From NCBI GenBank assembly GCA_038872535.1, contig JAVZJY010000001.1:6108-70107 (forward strand): a stretch of 64,000 nt of DNA, written 5' to 3'. The notes beneath the pieces are model-generated. The model did not search any database and was not told the DNA's origin. It saw nothing but the letters and a program-made list of their open reading frames with translations. Shown here piece by piece: positions 17,355-26,128 of the stretch (position 1 is the stretch's first letter; each line of letters begins with the position of its first letter). A program made the position numbers and the translations under genes. The stretch comes from Candidatus Bathyarchaeia archaeon. Lineage in GTDB: Archaea; Thermoproteota; Bathyarchaeia; Bathyarchaeales; Bathycorpusculaceae.

Positions 17355-18782
17355 TCACGCTTTCGATTTTTCCCTTTTTACAATTTCTCTCGCGACAAGA
17401 ACACCAGACGCTGAAGCTTGAACTAAGCCTCGGGTTACACCAGCTCCATCCCCTATAGTGAAGAGGTTGCGAATTTTCGTTTCCAAACAGCTACTTAGCT
17501 GCAGTTTTGAGGAGTAGAATTTCACTTCCACACCATAAAGAATGGTGTCTCTGGAGTAAATGCCGGGAGCTATTTTGTCCAAAGCTTGAAGCATTTCGCG
17601 AATATCAGAAAGATAGCGATATGGCAAAACAAAGCTTAGGTCGCCGGGTGTGGCATTTTTTAATGTGGGGTTGATGACGCTTCTTGATATTCTTTCAGGT
17701 GTTGATCTTCTTCCAGCTTCTAAGTCGCCGAGGCGCTGTATTATTACGCCTCCGCTTAGGAGGTTTGAAAGTCTGGCGAGGTATTTTCCGTAGGCTATTG
17801 GTTCTTTGAATGGTTCTGTGAAGGATGTGCTTACGAGGATGGCGAAGTTCGTGTTTTCTGTTTTTCTTTCAGCGTAGCTTTGACCGTTAACTGTTAAAAC
17901 TCCGTTGTAGGATTCTGTTATAACTTCGCCGTATGGTGCTACGCAAAAGGTGCGAACTTGGTCGTCGAAATGTTTTGAATAATATATAAGCTTAGGTTCA
18001 TAAAGAACGCTTGTTAACTCTTCCATGACTGAGGCTAAAACTTCAACTCTTATTCCAACATCAACAGGATTGTTAAGCGTTTTTAAGCCTAAAGCTTGGG
18101 CTTCTGATTGGAGCCATTCAGCCCCGCTTCTTCCAGGCGCAACAATCACATATTTTCCTAAAAACTTTTCACCATTTACGGTTTCAACACCTTCAACGGC
18201 GTCTCCTTTCAATATGAGTCCTTTAACGTCAGTTTTCGGTTTGAACTCAACCTTGCTGTTTAATTCTTGCCTCATTTTCCTCAGAGTCTGGGCGCATCTT
18301 TCTGTGCCCATGTGTCGAATTTTTTGGCGAATAAGCTTCAAACCAGCCAACGACGCTTTTCGTTCAATCTCTTCTACTTTCTCAACATTCACTCCATAAC
18401 TATGCTCAGGCGCACCAAACTTTAGATAAATGGAATCCACATAGTTTACAAGTTCTTCAAATTCCTTTGACGAAATATATTGGTTGAGCCAACCGCCAAC
18501 TTCTGTGGATAAAGTAAGTTTGCCATCACTAAAGGCTCCGGCGCCTCCCCAACCAGACAAAAGCAAGCATGGTTCGCAGTGAACACATTCGAATCCTCGG
18601 CTTGCTGGACATTTGCGTTGGTTAATGTCTGGACCCCTATCCAATATGAGAACGCTCAAGTTGGTTTTTTCCGTAAGCTCTAAAGCAGAGAATATTCCAG
18701 CTGGACCGGCACCGACGATTATTACATCATACTTCAACGAGTTTGTCTCCTGAAACCCAGAAGTAGATGTGGTAACTTGCAT
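17355..18782 (-). CDS. FAD-dependent oxidoreductase (uncharacterised NAD(FAD)-utilising dehydrogenase family)
   Basis: 475 aa with an N-terminal DVIIVGAGPAGIFSA dinucleotide-binding motif and C-terminal GDGAGVTRG. It ends 8 nt upstream of the zinc-ribbon operon. Confidence 0.85.
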   Translation of the reverse strand: MQVTTSTSGFQETNSLKYDVIIVGAGPAGIFSALELTEKTNLSVLILDRGPDINQRKCPASRGFECVHCEPCLLLSGWGGAGAFSDGKLTLSTEVGGWLNQYISSKEFEELVNYVDSIYLKFGAPEHSYGVNVEKVEEIERKASLAGLKLIRQKIRHMGTERCAQTLRKMRQELNSKVEFKPKTDVKGLILKGDAVEGVETVNGEKFLGKYVIVAPGRSGAEWLQSEAQALGLKTLNNPVDVGIRVEVLASVMEELTSVLYEPKLIYYSKHFDDQVRTFCVAPYGEVITESYNGVLTVNGQSYAERKTENTNFAILVSTSFTEPFKEPIAYGKYLARLSNLLSGGVIIQRLGDLEAGRRSTPERISRSVINPTLKNATPGDLSFVLPYRYLSDIREMLQALDKIAPGIYSRDTILYGVEVKFYSSKLQLSSCLETKIRNLFTIGDGAGVTRGLVQASASGVLVAREIVKREKSKA

Positions 18783-18803
18783 ATATTTTTAGCGAACATA
18801 AAA

Positions 18804-19145
18804 TCATTTTTGTGTGTAGGGTATGAGACAAAGAAACTTTACAACTTTTGAGCCATCATTCCTAAACTGATGCTTTTCGTGTGGTGGAATAAAAATAACA
18901 TCGCCAGGCTTAAATTTGCTTTTTTCGCTTCCGCTTTGCACGATGCCTTCGCCTTCTAAAATGAAAACTTCATGTTCCCAAGCATGAGAATGCAGAGGAC
19001 TGTAGCCGCCAGGTTCCATCTCAAAAAACCTCATGGCAAAGTTTTCAGCGCCAATATCCTTTGTTATGAGCCATCTAACTTTCAACTTGAATGTTCCTTT
19101 CTCCGCATCCTTCGCCTCAACACTAGTATAAGGAAAAATTTTCAT
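18804..19145 (-). CDS. Cupin domain protein
   Basis: 113 aa with a G-x5-H-x-H...E and G...P...H cupin motif pair (GGYSPLHSHAWEHEVF ... PPHEKHQFRN). Confidence 0.8.
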   Translation of the reverse strand: MKIFPYTSVEAKDAEKGTFKLKVRWLITKDIGAENFAMRFFEMEPGGYSPLHSHAWEHEVFILEGEGIVQSGSEKSKFKPGDVIFIPPHEKHQFRNDGSKVVKFLCLIPYTQK

Positions 19146-19350
19146 TTAAACCATCCTCAATCAAGATTTTATAAACACACTTCTAAAAGGCACATATTAA
19201 TCTTTTACGGAATATAATCAAAGTGACATCTACTACGAATTCACTTAAAAACGTTTTAATCGTTAGATTTTTGCGAAATAGAAAATCTGTGAGTGAGAAT
19301 TATGTCTTGCCTTTTGATTTAATAATCCCGCCCACATTGGGCTGTTGCGC

Positions 19351-20304
19351 TTATGCAAATAGTTGGATCATCACCAAGGCGATTATAAGAAACGCTAACA
19401 GTTTTGATGCTTTCATGTTGAATTTTTGCGCTTCTTCAATCTTTTTCGCGTCTACGAGCTTCATGATGTAAACGGAGGCTGAAAGGTTGTAGAGGAAAAT
19501 TGCGTATACCGAGAGCATCATTCTGTCAGCTAAAGTTAAGTAACCAACGGGAGGTATGCCGCTAAGCAACGCTAGATGAAAAGTCGCTGCGGACATAAGA
19601 GTTGTCACACCTAAGCCTATTCTCTGGCCGAAGTTCTGGGGCGAGATGAAAAAGGTTAGAAGCGATATTGTTGTTATGACTGCTACCGGCAGAACGCTTT
19701 TGACAAAGGAGGATAGCGTAGGCCTTTTTAGTAGAACGCTGAAAACGAATCTGGAATAAACGTCGCCGCCATAGGAGTGTTCCGTTACTGTGGCTTCAAA
19801 TTCTCCTATTTCCCAACCGGCAACATTAACTTCTTCATCAATATTTGATGTTGGATCTGCTGTAAAGAGTAAATTAGAAGCGTTTAGGTTCTTGTGTTCC
19901 AGCTCCACAGTGAGTGTATGCGTTTCGTAAGGATATCTTGAGAAGTCAAAGGTTTTTATGAAGTCTCCTCTGACACGGTATTCTAAATATCCATGCTCCG
20001 CATCCACTTCAACTTCATACTTCGTTGGAAAACCATTAACAAACTCAAACTCCTTTACCTCTTCTAAGCTTATCTTAGAAGGATCAAACCTAAACCACAG
20101 ATAAAAATCCAAACGGTAACTGCTTGCAGACAAATCCACCTTCTCCACGTTTACAAGCCAAACTCCAACCTCAACATTTGCGGGATTAGATGGAAGGCTT
20201 TCAGCTTTTACATTAAATATCATAGTTGATAAAAACGCTAATAGTAAAGTAAAGAGTAATACATGCTTAGCCTTCATTAAATTCACCATTAACCTTCGCC
20301 TCAT
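19351..20304 (-). CDS. Prokaryotic pentameric ligand-gated ion channel (GLIC/ELIC-like) homologue
   Basis: 317 aa. It has a signal peptide, a beta-rich extracellular domain with a YPYETHTLTVELE (FPFD-Q-like) loop, and M1-M3 helices (RPTLSSF..., QRIGLGVTTLMS..., GYLTLADRMML...). A short loop leads to M4. The start may be an internal Met (20289 or 20277). Confidence 0.8.
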   Translation of the reverse strand: MRRRLMVNLMKAKHVLLFTLLLAFLSTMIFNVKAESLPSNPANVEVGVWLVNVEKVDLSASSYRLDFYLWFRFDPSKISLEEVKEFEFVNGFPTKYEVEVDAEHGYLEYRVRGDFIKTFDFSRYPYETHTLTVELEHKNLNASNLLFTADPTSNIDEEVNVAGWEIGEFEATVTEHSYGGDVYSRFVFSVLLKRPTLSSFVKSVLPVAVITTISLLTFFISPQNFGQRIGLGVTTLMSAATFHLALLSGIPPVGYLTLADRMMLSVYAIFLYNLSASVYIMKLVDAKKIEEAQKFNMKASKLLAFLIIALVMIQLFA

Positions 20305-20410
20305 AACAAGCTCAAGTATTTAAAAATTTCGTGCAGCAACAGGTGCTGGAAAATTGAGCGTCCTACCTTCTATTAACGATTTACGAGAACACTTACGAAT
20401 ATGATTCCAT

Positions 20411-20515
20411 GTGAAAATTGCTCAGAGTTTAGAGGAAGCTTGTAAGCTGCTTGAAGTTGGCTTTGAATATGTAACAGACATGAACGGAGCCAAACTCTTC
20501 AGAAAGCGAAAGTAG
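20411..20515 (+). pseudogene. Orphan 34-codon ORF, possible remnant of a larger gene (C-terminal ...GFEYV...KLFRKRK tail)
   Basis: Below the ORF-track cutoff. GTG..TAG encodes VKIAQSLEEACKLLEVGFEYVTDMNGAKLFRKRK. A stop lies 2 codons upstream, and an adjacent frame encodes ...TIYENTYEYDSM*, which suggests a frameshifted fragment. Confidence 0.3.
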
Positions 20516-20531
20516 TCTTTTATGCTCACGG

Positions 20532-20819
20532 TTAATCTTTTATGGCTTCTAGGAGGCTCATGACGTTCCACAATTTCACTCGCGTATAAGGTGGCATGTT
20601 TGGATCCTGCAAAATTTCATCCAAAATCGAAATAGCGTTCGAAGCCCTAACCGCAGGCGTAAACTCCGTCGTTTGCAAGGCGTCCATGGAATCTTTAGCG
20701 GCTCTTCTAATGTTTCTAGGCGTTGTATTATCCTCAGAAACTGCGCCAAGCACGGCTAATGCTTGTTTTATTCGTTCCTCATACTCTTCAAGCTTCTTCT
20801 TTCGAACCAATGCTGCCAC
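20532..20819 (-). CDS. UPF0147-family small archaeal protein
   Basis: 95 aa. TPRNIRRAA...ILQDPNMPPYTRVKLWNV is typical of UPF0147. It is divergent from a UPF0148-like gene, a common archaeal pairing. Confidence 0.75.
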   Translation of the reverse strand: MAALVRKKKLEEYEERIKQALAVLGAVSEDNTTPRNIRRAAKDSMDALQTTEFTPAVRASNAISILDEILQDPNMPPYTRVKLWNVMSLLEAIKD

Positions 20820-20883
20820 CCCTTGCAGTTTTCAATAATAAGTTATTATAGGCTTTTATACTATTCTATTAGAGGTTTAAACC

Positions 20884-21246
20884 TTGTCACAAGAAAAAGA
20901 CGAAGAAAAACACGTTAAACGAATGGCTGACCTACTGCGTCAAGGCTCAACACTCACAGACCTAGCCTGCCCCGCCTGCGCTTCCCCACTTTTTAGATTA
21001 AAAAACGGCGACTTATGGTGTGCAAAATGTGAAAAAAAGGTTATAGTGGTGAAGGAAGGAGAAGAGCCAAAAATTAGGAGTTCTATGGTTCTGGATACGA
21101 TGGAGGCTACACTCTTAACGAAAATACAAGAGATACAAAACAAAATGCAAAGTGAACAAAACATAGAAGAGCTTCAGAAACTCGGCAATGCACTATCTGA
21201 CTTGTTGGAAAATCTTGAAAAGATAAGAAAAGTTAAAAGATTTTAA
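20884..21246 (+). CDS. UPF0148 / autoantigen p27-like zinc-ribbon protein
   Basis: 120 aa with a TTG start. It has a CPACASPLF...WCAKCEKK ribbon followed by a helical tail. Confidence 0.7.
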   Translation: MSQEKDEEKHVKRMADLLRQGSTLTDLACPACASPLFRLKNGDLWCAKCEKKVIVVKEGEEPKIRSSMVLDTMEATLLTKIQEIQNKMQSEQNIEELQKLGNALSDLLENLEKIRKVKRF

Positions 21247-21259
21247 GGCGAAAGCATCG

Positions 21260-21769
21260 ATGCTTGGTTTTTACGAAAATTTTCCACAAAACATCCACAA
21301 AACAACGCGCGCCACAACTTCGCTTTCAAACAAAAAATTACAACAAACACTAATGCGCCTATTCCAGGAGATAAACACCAAACCCTTCAAACTGGAAGAA
21401 ATTGCAGATCCATCCATTCCTCAATGCATGGTAATTTTTGAGTTTGGCATAGCAGAAGCCAACGCCTTCAACTTTCTAAACCAAGAGGAAACAAACAAGG
21501 TTTTGAAAATTATAAACAAAAAACCTTTCCAAATCATGGACTTCTTCTGCGCCATACGCTACTACAAGACACAAAATGAAAAAAGAAAACCATTAAAATT
21601 TGATTATTACATGATACGCTTCACATTTAACAAAAACTACGTGGAAACACAAGTTTTCCACGAAAGAGGACCAAGATACATATCTCCAGATGACGTGACC
21701 AATTTCATTTTTGGAAAAATTAACGATTTCTTTTCAAGAAAGATACTAAAAACCCTTCAATCGTCTTAG
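21260..21769 (+). CDS. Hypothetical protein
   Basis: 169-aa ORF with no competing frame and no recognisable motif. Confidence 0.5.
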   Translation: MLGFYENFPQNIHKTTRATTSLSNKKLQQTLMRLFQEINTKPFKLEEIADPSIPQCMVIFEFGIAEANAFNFLNQEETNKVLKIINKKPFQIMDFFCAIRYYKTQNEKRKPLKFDYYMIRFTFNKNYVETQVFHERGPRYISPDDVTNFIFGKINDFFSRKILKTLQSS

Positions 21770-22368
21770 CTTCGTTTCTCCAAAAATTTCAAAACAAATG
21801 TTAAAATGTCCTTGGCAACCTCCGCTTTTGATGAGTTTCCATCTATTTTAACAAGTTCCCCGCTCTTAACAAAATCCAAATATACTGAGCGCACTTTTTT
21901 CTGAGTTTCCAAATCCTCCATAACAGATTTTTTTGACTTTAGCCTTTTAATAGCAATGTCGGGTTCGACGTCAATAAAAATTGCTAAGTCTGGGCGTATC
22001 GCATGTTGGTTTATCTCTTTAATCCATTTTAAATCAAGTCCAGCAGCGCCTTGATAAGCCAAGGAAGAATAAACGTAACGATCAGAAACTACAACTTTTC
22101 CCTCGTTCAAGGCTGGAATGATTTTGTCCTTAACATGTTCAAAGCGGTCTGCCGCGAAGAGCAAAGCTTCAACAATGGCTGAAACCCGTTTTTCACCATG
22201 TAAACAATACTTTCTAATGAACCGTCCAATTTTTCCAGAACTTGGCTCCGCCGTATAAACTGCTGCATAGCCCACTTTTCTTAACTTTCTAACGAGAAGT
22301 TTCGTTTGTGTTGTTTTTCCGCATCCATCTAATCCTTCAACACAGATGAAACAGCCTTTCCCTTTCAT
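21766..22368 (-). CDS. tmk: Thymidylate kinase
   Basis: 200 aa with an FICVEGLDGCGKTTQ P-loop and a DRY motif (SDRYVYSS). Confidence 0.9.
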   Translation of the reverse strand: MKGKGCFICVEGLDGCGKTTQTKLLVRKLRKVGYAAVYTAEPSSGKIGRFIRKYCLHGEKRVSAIVEALLFAADRFEHVKDKIIPALNEGKVVVSDRYVYSSLAYQGAAGLDLKWIKEINQHAIRPDLAIFIDVEPDIAIKRLKSKKSVMEDLETQKKVRSVYLDFVKSGELVKIDGNSSKAEVAKDILTFVLKFLEKRS

Positions 22369-22454
22369 TCTACCAATCCTTTACCGCCTATAGCATTAGA
22401 CATTATAAGAGTGAAGATGCATTAATAATTATTTCAGAAAATGGAGAAAAGACT

Positions 22455-23735
22455 ATGCCAAAAAACCATTGGGGAGAAATAAAAGACCCAGTGCACGGAT
22501 ACGTCTACATAACTGAAGAGGAAAAAGAAATCATTGATTCCTTTCCCGTGCAAAGGTTGCGAAGACTACGCCAATTAGCAGGAGCAGAATATGTTTATCC
22601 AGGAGCAAACCACACACGCTTCGAACATTCTGTAGGCGTCATGTATTTAGCTGGAAGAGTTGCCGAAAATCCAAATATTTCCCAATACACGAGTCAAGAA
22701 GAAAAGGAAATTATTAGAATAGCAGCTTTACTCCATGACGTTGGACACGGTCCGTTTTCCCACGTTTTTGAACCTTTACTCGAAAAGGAGTTAGAGAAAA
22801 CACATGAAGATATGACGTATTGGATAACTGCAAACAGCGAATTGAAGGACATAATTAAAAAGTTTGGTTATAACCCAGAAGAAATTGGAAAATTGGCTGT
22901 TGGAAGACTTCACAAACCTCAAAAAGCCTTCCTAGACCAAATAATAAGCAGCGCCCTAGATGCAGACAAACTGGACTTTGTTATAAGAGACACGCATCAC
23001 ACTGGCGCTGAATATGGCTATGTTGACATTTTCAGGCTAATTCACGCCTTAGATGTGCTTGGAGAAAATTTGGCAGTGGATTTAGGAGCACTTTCAGCCC
23101 TTGAATCCTTCATAATAGCAAGAATAGAATCCTTCAAAAGCATATACTTCCACCGCGTTGGAAGAGCCGCACAAATAATGCTCGCTATGGCTATGGAAAA
23201 GGCAAATGCAGAGCTTGGATTAACCCAATTTAAGTCTCCAGAAGAATATCTAAACATGGATGATTACACAGTTTGGTCTCAACTTAAAAAATGCAAAAAA
23301 TCAAGCGAAATCATAAAAAACCTCGAAAGACGAAAAATGCTTAAATGCGCCTACGAATGGACTTTTTATGAGAAAGACGTGAAAATTTCAAACATTTTCA
23401 GCAAGGAGGCACATAGAAGGCAACTTCAAATCGACATTGCAAAAAAGGCAGGGGTCGAAACAGAAGCCGTAATAATAGATGTACCCACCGTCCCATCAGT
23501 TCCATACCACCATTCAGTCCTAATGGAACCCATGGAAATTCCAGCCTTCTATAAAACAAGAGAAGGCGAAAAAGTTATGCAACGCCTAAGTGACATCTCA
23601 AAAATTTTCGAAGTCCTAAAAGGATTCATAAACATACTGCGCGTTTACACAGATGAAGAAAACCGTGAAAAAGTCAGCACCGCAGCAGCAAAGATTTTAG
23701 GCGGAACACCAACAACAGCAAGAATATCCTATTAA
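22455..23735 (+). CDS. HD-domain phosphohydrolase (SAMHD1/dNTP triphosphohydrolase-like)
   Basis: 426 aa with RFEHSVGV...LLHDVGHGPFSH...DADKLDF motifs. Confidence 0.85.
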   Translation: MPKNHWGEIKDPVHGYVYITEEEKEIIDSFPVQRLRRLRQLAGAEYVYPGANHTRFEHSVGVMYLAGRVAENPNISQYTSQEEKEIIRIAALLHDVGHGPFSHVFEPLLEKELEKTHEDMTYWITANSELKDIIKKFGYNPEEIGKLAVGRLHKPQKAFLDQIISSALDADKLDFVIRDTHHTGAEYGYVDIFRLIHALDVLGENLAVDLGALSALESFIIARIESFKSIYFHRVGRAAQIMLAMAMEKANAELGLTQFKSPEEYLNMDDYTVWSQLKKCKKSSEIIKNLERRKMLKCAYEWTFYEKDVKISNIFSKEAHRRQLQIDIAKKAGVETEAVIIDVPTVPSVPYHHSVLMEPMEIPAFYKTREGEKVMQRLSDISKIFEVLKGFINILRVYTDEENREKVSTAAAKILGGTPTTARISY

Positions 23736-23736
23736 A

Positions 23737-24174
23737 GTGCGTGAAATGCAGCCAATAACACTAAAGGGAAGAAGAATAGTTGAGGGATACTGCAAAGCAG
23801 AAGCCCTCGTATCTACTAAACCAATAAGTTTTCTTGGAGGAGTAGACCCAGCTGACGGAAAAATAATAGAAAGGGACCATGATTTATATGGAGAGTGTAT
23901 AAAGGATAAAGTCTTGTGTTTTCCATACGGACACGGCTCAACAGTTGGCAGCTATGTGCTATATTCCCTAGCCAAGAAAAATTGTGCACCAAAAGCCATA
24001 ATCAATCAGACCGCGGATCCCGTCGTGGTAGTTGGAGCCATAATAGCGAACATCCCAATGGTTGATCAAATAAACATCAAACACATAACAACAGGCGACA
24101 TAGTGAAAGTTGACGCCAACAAAGGCTCTATCAAAATTTGGAAAAGAGAAGGAGCAAAGCAAGCATGTATCTGA
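23737..24174 (+). CDS. Aconitase X swivel-domain protein (phosphomevalonate dehydratase small subunit-like, DUF126)
   Basis: 145 aa (GTG 23737 or ATG 23746). It has the ISFLGGVDP..G and FPYGHGSTVGSY motifs of AcnXS. Confidence 0.8.
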   Translation: MREMQPITLKGRRIVEGYCKAEALVSTKPISFLGGVDPADGKIIERDHDLYGECIKDKVLCFPYGHGSTVGSYVLYSLAKKNCAPKAIINQTADPVVVVGAIIANIPMVDQINIKHITTGDIVKVDANKGSIKIWKREGAKQACI

Positions 24175-25340
24175 CAAAGGAAGAGGAACGCATTTACGAT
24201 GGCGAGTTTGGCTGGGCAAATCAAATCTGCATGAAAATCCTCGTCCGCCTAGGCGAACTCTTCAAAGCCGAAAAACTCATTCCAATAAGCTCCTCTCATG
24301 TTTCAGGAGTATCCTACAAAACATTAGGGGACGCACCTATAGAATTCCTTGAAGCGTTAGCAAACAACAACGCAAAAGTGAAAGTCAAATCAACACTAAA
24401 CCCCCAAAGCCTCGACTGCAACTTTATCTGTAAAAGGCTTCCATCTGAGTTGCATGAAAAGCAAAAGAATGTTCTAAATTGTTTTAAGAAAATGGGTTTT
24501 ACACCTTCGCTAACATGTACCCCATACTACTTAGAAAAACCCAAAAAAAGCGTTCATTTGGCATGGGCTGAATCATCCGCAGTAGTATATGCAAATTCTG
24601 TTATTGGAGCATGGACAAACCGCGAAGGAGGACCAAGCGCTCTTGCAGCAGCAATAATAGGAAAGACACCAGATTATGGAATACACCAACCTGAAAATCG
24701 ACAACCAAAGGTTTTAGTGAAACTAGAAAAACCATTAACAAAAGAAATAGAGTTTGGTGCCTTAGGAATTTTCCTCGGCGAAATCTTGAAAGACGAAATC
24801 CCAATAATCCAAGGTTTACAAAAAGCTTCAGAAGACAACCTAAAACAGTTGGGAGCAGCCCTCGCATCTGCTGGCATGACAAACATGTTCTACTATAAAG
24901 ACACAAGCACAAAAATCAGCGAAGTTGAAAAGATAAACGTGCAAGCTGAAGACCTGAAAAGAACCATTGAAAAACTAACCACAACATCCACACAAAAACC
25001 AAACCTAATTTTTATAGGATGCCCCCACTGCTCCTCAAATGAAATAAGACAAATCGCAGAGTTGATAGACAATAGAAAAACTAAAAACGAAACAGAATTT
25101 TGGGTTTGCACATCACATCACATAAAAGAAAAATCCAAAAAATATGTGGAAAAAATAGAAAAAAGCGGAGGCCACATGCTAACGAACACATGCGCCGTCG
25201 TAACATGGACAGAAAAACTTGGAATAAAAACAATAATGACAAACTCAGCAAAAACAGCCCATTATGCACCCACACTAAACAAGGCAGAAACAATACTTGC
25301 ACCACTAAAAGAGTGCATAAAAAAGGCTTATAGAGGATAA
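24165..25340 (+). CDS. Aconitase X catalytic-domain protein (phosphomevalonate dehydratase large subunit-like, DUF521)
   Basis: I prefer the start at ATG 24165 (MYLTKEEE), which overlaps the small-subunit stop by 10 nt. Motifs: SSSHVSGVSY and CPHCS. Confidence 0.85.
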   Translation: MYLTKEEERIYDGEFGWANQICMKILVRLGELFKAEKLIPISSSHVSGVSYKTLGDAPIEFLEALANNNAKVKVKSTLNPQSLDCNFICKRLPSELHEKQKNVLNCFKKMGFTPSLTCTPYYLEKPKKSVHLAWAESSAVVYANSVIGAWTNREGGPSALAAAIIGKTPDYGIHQPENRQPKVLVKLEKPLTKEIEFGALGIFLGEILKDEIPIIQGLQKASEDNLKQLGAALASAGMTNMFYYKDTSTKISEVEKINVQAEDLKRTIEKLTTTSTQKPNLIFIGCPHCSSNEIRQIAELIDNRKTKNETEFWVCTSHHIKEKSKKYVEKIEKSGGHMLTNTCAVVTWTEKLGIKTIMTNSAKTAHYAPTLNKAETILAPLKECIKKAYRG

Positions 25341-25386
25341 GGTTTATTCGAATGAAAAAGCATCTTGCATGGTGCCACAAAAGAAA

Positions 25387-25461
25387 GCTCCGGTAGTATA
25401 GCCCGGTCAAGTATTCCGGCCTTTCGAGCCGGAGACGCGGGTCCGAATCCCGCCCGGAGCA
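25387..25461 (+). tRNA. tRNA-Glu (anticodon UUC), no encoded CCA
   Basis: GCTCCGGTAGTATAGCCCGGTCAAGTATTCCGGCCTTTCGAGCCGGAGACGCGGGTCCGAATCCCGCCCGGAGCA. The acceptor stem is GCTCCGG/CCGGAGC and the anticodon loop is CTTTCGA. The T-loop reads TCCGAAT, with C at the usual U55 position. Confidence 0.85.
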
Positions 25462-25465
25462 CTCC
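25448..25465 (+). repeat. Direct repeat copy 1 (tRNA-Glu 3' end, att-like)
   Basis: The 18-nt sequence tcccgcccggagcactcc is identical to 26129..26146. Confidence 0.85.
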
Positions 25466-25588
25466 AAATCTGAGCTTATTTTAGGCGTATTTTGGTTAAA
25501 AAAGCTCAATTCGAGCAGTTACAAAAGAGGCTAAAATTGGAACACGAATTTACCGGCAAAATCATTTGATTTAAGCTTGAATATTGGT

Positions 25589-25840
25589 TTAGTAGACACG
25601 TTTGCGGTGTCCAACAACTAACAAGAATACCTCGTTTTTCTTAATCTGATAAAGAACTCTGTAATCGCCTATTCTTAAGGAGTAAACACCTTTCCATTCA
25701 CCGCGTAAAGGCTTTCCTACGTAAGGGTTAGTCTTTAGTATGCTGATTTCTTGAATTATCCGTACTTGAACTTTTCTGTCTAAAGCCTTGATGTTCTTTA
25801 AGAAACGAGGCGTAAATCGAATTTCAAATTTCGCTTTCAA
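25589..25840 (-). CDS. relE: RelE/ParE-family type II toxin
   Basis: 83 aa. GDYRVLYQI...VFLLVVGHRKRVY is a classic RelE/ParE C-terminus. Confidence 0.85.
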   Translation of the reverse strand: MKAKFEIRFTPRFLKNIKALDRKVQVRIIQEISILKTNPYVGKPLRGEWKGVYSLRIGDYRVLYQIKKNEVFLLVVGHRKRVY

Positions 25841-26051
25841 GGTTTAACTCTCTTATAAGCTCATCCAATGGTCTAGTCTTGCCCTCTTCAACTTCGCGCA
25901 AGGCAATCTTCAAATCTTTAACAAGCTTCTTATCTTGTATAACCTCAAGAGTTTCCAATAGCTCATCCATCAAACTAGCAGCTTTTGTTAGCAATTCTTT
26001 CTCTTCAGCTGTTAAGAGAGTCACCTGTTTTTCACAACTCCTACAGAACAT
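25824..26051 (-). CDS. Putative antitoxin of the RelE-like toxin
   Basis: A 75-aa acidic helical ORF that overlaps the toxin start by 17 nt (typical TA coupling). Confidence 0.6.
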   Translation of the reverse strand: MFCRSCEKQVTLLTAEEKELLTKAASLMDELLETLEVIQDKKLVKDLKIALREVEEGKTRPLDELIRELNLESEI

Positions 26052-26128
26052 AAATCTCCACGAACGTTTTAACTCTTACTCTCAAAGTGAGACTAGCAAA
26101 CATTTTTACTAGTAAATTTGGGTGCCAT

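Noticed and set aside
19223-19471. 82-aa plus-strand ORF between the cupin and ion-channel genes
   Set aside because: It has a non-ATG start and overlaps the 3' end of the pLGIC gene in antisense. It has no motifs or SD.
25081-25509. 142-aa minus-strand ORF spanning the AcnX 3' end and tRNA-Glu
   Set aside because: It overlaps a well-supported tRNA and the AcnX large-subunit gene. The product is leucine/phenylalanine-rich with no motifs. I judge it spurious.
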